A DNA stretch of 64,000 nucleotides, from the IMG/VR virus record IMGVR_UViG_3300033984_000416, positions 1-64,000 of that record, one strand, 5' to 3'. Shown piece after piece: positions 62,301-64,000 of this stretch (position 1 is the first letter of the stretch; every line of letters starts with the position of its first letter). This stretch comes from a virus. The notes beneath the pieces were generated by a model, which saw nothing but the letters and a program-made list of their open reading frames with translations, ran no database searches and was not told the DNA's origin. The translations under genes were made by a program, and so were the position numbers.

Positions 62301-64000
62301 TTCCATTAACAAATTCAAAGAACATTCTTTTGAATTCATTTTTTACCTGTTGTGGTAATCTATTAATAAGGTGTTCATCATCAATTTCTTGATAATCTAT
62401 TAACGCTGTAAGCTCTAAGGCTGTTACATACATATCTCGTGTAGGTGGTGTAAATGTTTGTGTTAAGTTTTTATGCCAAAGTATTGGGTCGTTCTTTCCA
62501 GAACCACCACCCGTTATTTTACCACCTTCAACCACTGGGTTGTTTGTTTGTTTTCGCCATATTATACTACCTATATAAGCACACCAAAGTCTAGGTGCGT
62601 GAACAAAACCACCTTTTTTATCAAACAAGTGTTTAATTTCATTTGTTTCTAAAGCACTACCTTTGGTTGTATTCCATGGAAGTGAATTTAAAAATAAAAA
62701 CGCTTTTGAATAATCACCACATGGAACCGTTGAGTTACTTGAAGTTGTTATACGTGCATATCCTTGGTTATAATAAAAATAACTACCAAATAAACTAAAA
62801 GAATCCTCATCATAAGCATCTCTATAATTAACGTTTTCAGATGCTTTAAACATAAAGGCTCTTTGTTCAACATAAGGGTAAGTAATATCTTTAACATTAT
62901 TGTTTATCCATTCGTTAAAAAAGTCTCTGTTTTTACCTAAATCTAAGTGAAGTGTATCTATTTTTTTTCCTTTATACCAACCTTTGTAAAACTCTTCTTT
63001 ATTTGCTGGTAGCCTAATGTTTCCAGTTTTTTTGAAATCCGACCATGATGTTGCTGAACTTCCGTCTGGTGAATTATCGTGTTTTTTTCTATTATACGCT
63101 AAACCACCATCTGTATTTTTATAAAACACAAACTCTAAGGGTAATTTAGTCATTCCATTACCATAATCTAAATTAGCATACTCTTGAATACCTAAAGGTC
63201 CACCAAATGTATTGTAACCAGCACTATTATCAACAATTTCATCGGCTGATAGTTTTTCCAATATTAACATATTGTTTTCTGGTTTAACTTTTTCTGGTGC
63301 TGGATATAAAAGTGCTTTTGTTTTAAACTCATCTGCTTTTAGTATTTTAATATAAACACCACCATCATCTGGTTTACTAAAATCACCATTTATTGTCGTT
63401 GCTGTACCATAATTAGAGCTGTAATTAGTTAAAAAAATGTAACCTTCTTCTTTTGATTTTAATGAAGTTTTAGCTGGTTCAATAATCCACTTACCAGTAT
63501 AACCACCATTAATTGGTATTACCATGTGTAAATCTGGATTACTGTACGTATATGTTTTTGTTTTTGTAGATACTGGGTTTCCACCAATATAGTTATAAAA
63601 ATAATTATCACCTAGAGGTTTTATTACATTTGTTGGTAATGCACCTCTAGCGTTTAAATCTATTTCACCAATTACACTAGTCACAGCACTTAGAGTTAAC
63701 ATAGACATCGATGATTTTATTTTAGGGTCTTTAACACCTCTTAATATGGCTTCAGATTCAATCTCGGCCATACTAATAATATCATCAGAAGTCATAATTG
63801 TTTCATCGTTTGTATAACCTAAAAAAGTCATACCTCTAATAACCATAAGTCTTGCAACTTCATCGTAATTTTTAAATTCCATTCTACTGTATGGCTCTGT
63901 AGTGTTAAAAATAGATGTATCAATTGGGTTGCTTGGGAACCAAGTTGTTTCTTGTTTTTCGGTATCCGCTTTAACATCTTCACTAGCTTTTGCGGCTTTT
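59398..64000 (-). CDS. baseplate hub / tail-associated lysin, 5'-truncated: hub + M15 (VanY-like) peptidase + SleB-like hydrolase
   Basis: The frame stays open from 63882 to the window edge (hand-translated). Hub motif EMMGNAMIQP..YFQL..PMFHGAYMITRVKH; M15 motifs TSAYRT, SNHQWGIAID, NEYWHFEY; SleB-like CSLEAG, IYNRV, VVQEGQYEP. Confidence 0.85.
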   Translation of the reverse strand, partial: KAAKASEDVKADTEKQETTWFPSNPIDTSIFNTTEPYSRMEFKNYDEVARLMVIRGMTFLGYTNDETIMTSDDIISMAEIESEAILRGVKDPKIKSSMSMLTLSAVTSVIGEIDLNARGALPTNVIKPLGDNYFYNYIGGNPVSTKTKTYTYSNPDLHMVIPINGGYTGKWIIEPAKTSLKSKEEGYIFLTNYSSNYGTATTINGDFSKPDDGGVYIKILKADEFKTKALLYPAPEKVKPENNMLILEKLSADEIVDNSAGYNTFGGPLGIQEYANLDYGNGMTKLPLEFVFYKNTDGGLAYNRKKHDNSPDGSSATSWSDFKKTGNIRLPANKEEFYKGWYKGKKIDTLHLDLGKNRDFFNEWINNNVKDITYPYVEQRAFMFKASENVNYRDAYDEDSFSLFGSYFYYNQGYARITTSSNSTVPCGDYSKAFLFLNSLPWNTTKGSALETNEIKHLFDKKGGFVHAPRLWCAYIGSIIWRKQTNNPVVEGGKITGGGSGKNDPILWHKNLTQTFTPPTRDMYVTALELTALIDYQEIDDEHLINRLPQQVKNEFKRMFFEFVNGTDGMISWKSISENLEIWTGSGGDFNVWLKALRVTITLDKDKDVYNVPASSFTNPNFRNGSNGKAYKIITPLPTTDGSSASVHTDYLALELDGDYTNNSAVTTLMSALMQPVIIANTGYKIWTKVGTTTTQVGTYGGSGAIGGGGSASVATTNRNEFEEISVTKKNFDLYINTILKKLQTTASAYSDVNVKKNLEQSLFGTANEDVIKLQLYRTCKNIRDKWLAGTTSADKILYQCGGVDGGRSNVDAKLGDHYGNKTPKFIDSFRFVSRSFKDIGDKLYINPLPINDYLVENSNTSAYDAISSMLASNKFDFVALPTFINFRDPKEVESIFKPFPNYGEAVTKGSCGPTFVCVYSGQKSKHLDYKNADYPDDGINLRCDENGNVSPSTVPDDFTTDLNDFEDGMGVFTVKYSQQNQNIFKDINLDQSEFSETDESLQIQEDISQKGSETNRTIAGQNIYNVYSVRSYTAEIEMMGNAMIQPMMYFQLDNIPMFHGAYMITRVKHSIKPNSMMTNFSGVRIKYTETPLMTAMDLYMSLAEGMDTSQAGDGAVTNVSSTKAYPAIVLTIIDNGGSPSNIEAKNIKLLEIPTIAGISNQLTSKNDKHKNRLIAEAIVPLENMLKDWVTWMKENGFKGTDNGKTFARITSAYRTEADQAAAGSNASKGVSNHQWGIAIDLGYFEKDGTKIDNTNGLVKYFDIANNPALEWLLENSYRYGFELPYLMRDGVGSYNEYWHFEYQGTAAQYCAKDNPTSTGGYKIKKFQAQFDFVKNPKSNDGKDSIYKDCIYKQIKYKDGVEIVLGDKADYWALMAICSLEAGGPQSRADVAQSIYNRVSVPKQPYGKTIKEVVVQEGQYEPTFKNRPEWKAISDEQTAIKAVMNSKSITSSKAKSFLTETIAALKDTTLQENSRSFIGTRTEFLAYNPKSSKAVGVISRTPDKTNNNFYWEYAGKQIKDGTPPNPPNLASYA

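Noticed and set aside
1-64000. Stop-codon reassignment (TAG/TGA) as in some Bacteroidota phages
   Set aside because: Standard-code ORFs tile the window with full-length conserved proteins; TAG appears as a normal stop (e.g. sbcC, recA).

Overview
This is 64 kb of an AT-rich, large T4-like contractile-tailed (myovirus) phage genome. Genes are densely packed and, with one exception, lie on the minus strand. The host is very likely Bacteroidota: (i) nTTG-N19/20-TAnnTTTG promoters precede replication genes, (ii) starts have A-rich upstream regions and no Shine-Dalgarno, (iii) there is a Bacteroidota-type sigma70, an Hc1/histone-H1-like gene and SprB-like repeats. The modules are: lysis enzymes plus acidic low-complexity putative head proteins (0.2-10.6 kb); sigma70, SbcC/SbcD, macrodomain, PD-(D/E)XK nuclease, GNAT, primase and RuvC (10.6-20.2 kb); a baseplate/fibre block with a ~83-repeat SHAEG adhesin and an orphan nucleotidyltransferase (20.2-48.5 kb); NrdA/B, DnaB, 5'-3' exonuclease, RecA and SSB (48.6-57.2 kb); and a truncated baseplate hub carrying two peptidoglycan hydrolase domains (59.4 kb to the edge). 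The most striking unexplained structure is regulatory. A second promoter-like class, (G)ATATTTATA, sits sense-oriented ahead of virion/lysis genes and looks like a rewritten host -7 box. A 29-bp element is shared by the sigma and SSB promoters. Several transcripts appear leaderless. The lone plus-strand gene is a late-motif-driven GNAT that may be a virion-packaged effector. All product calls come from motif recognition by eye; no database searches were run. No tRNA, rRNA, CRISPR array, intein or IS element was seen.
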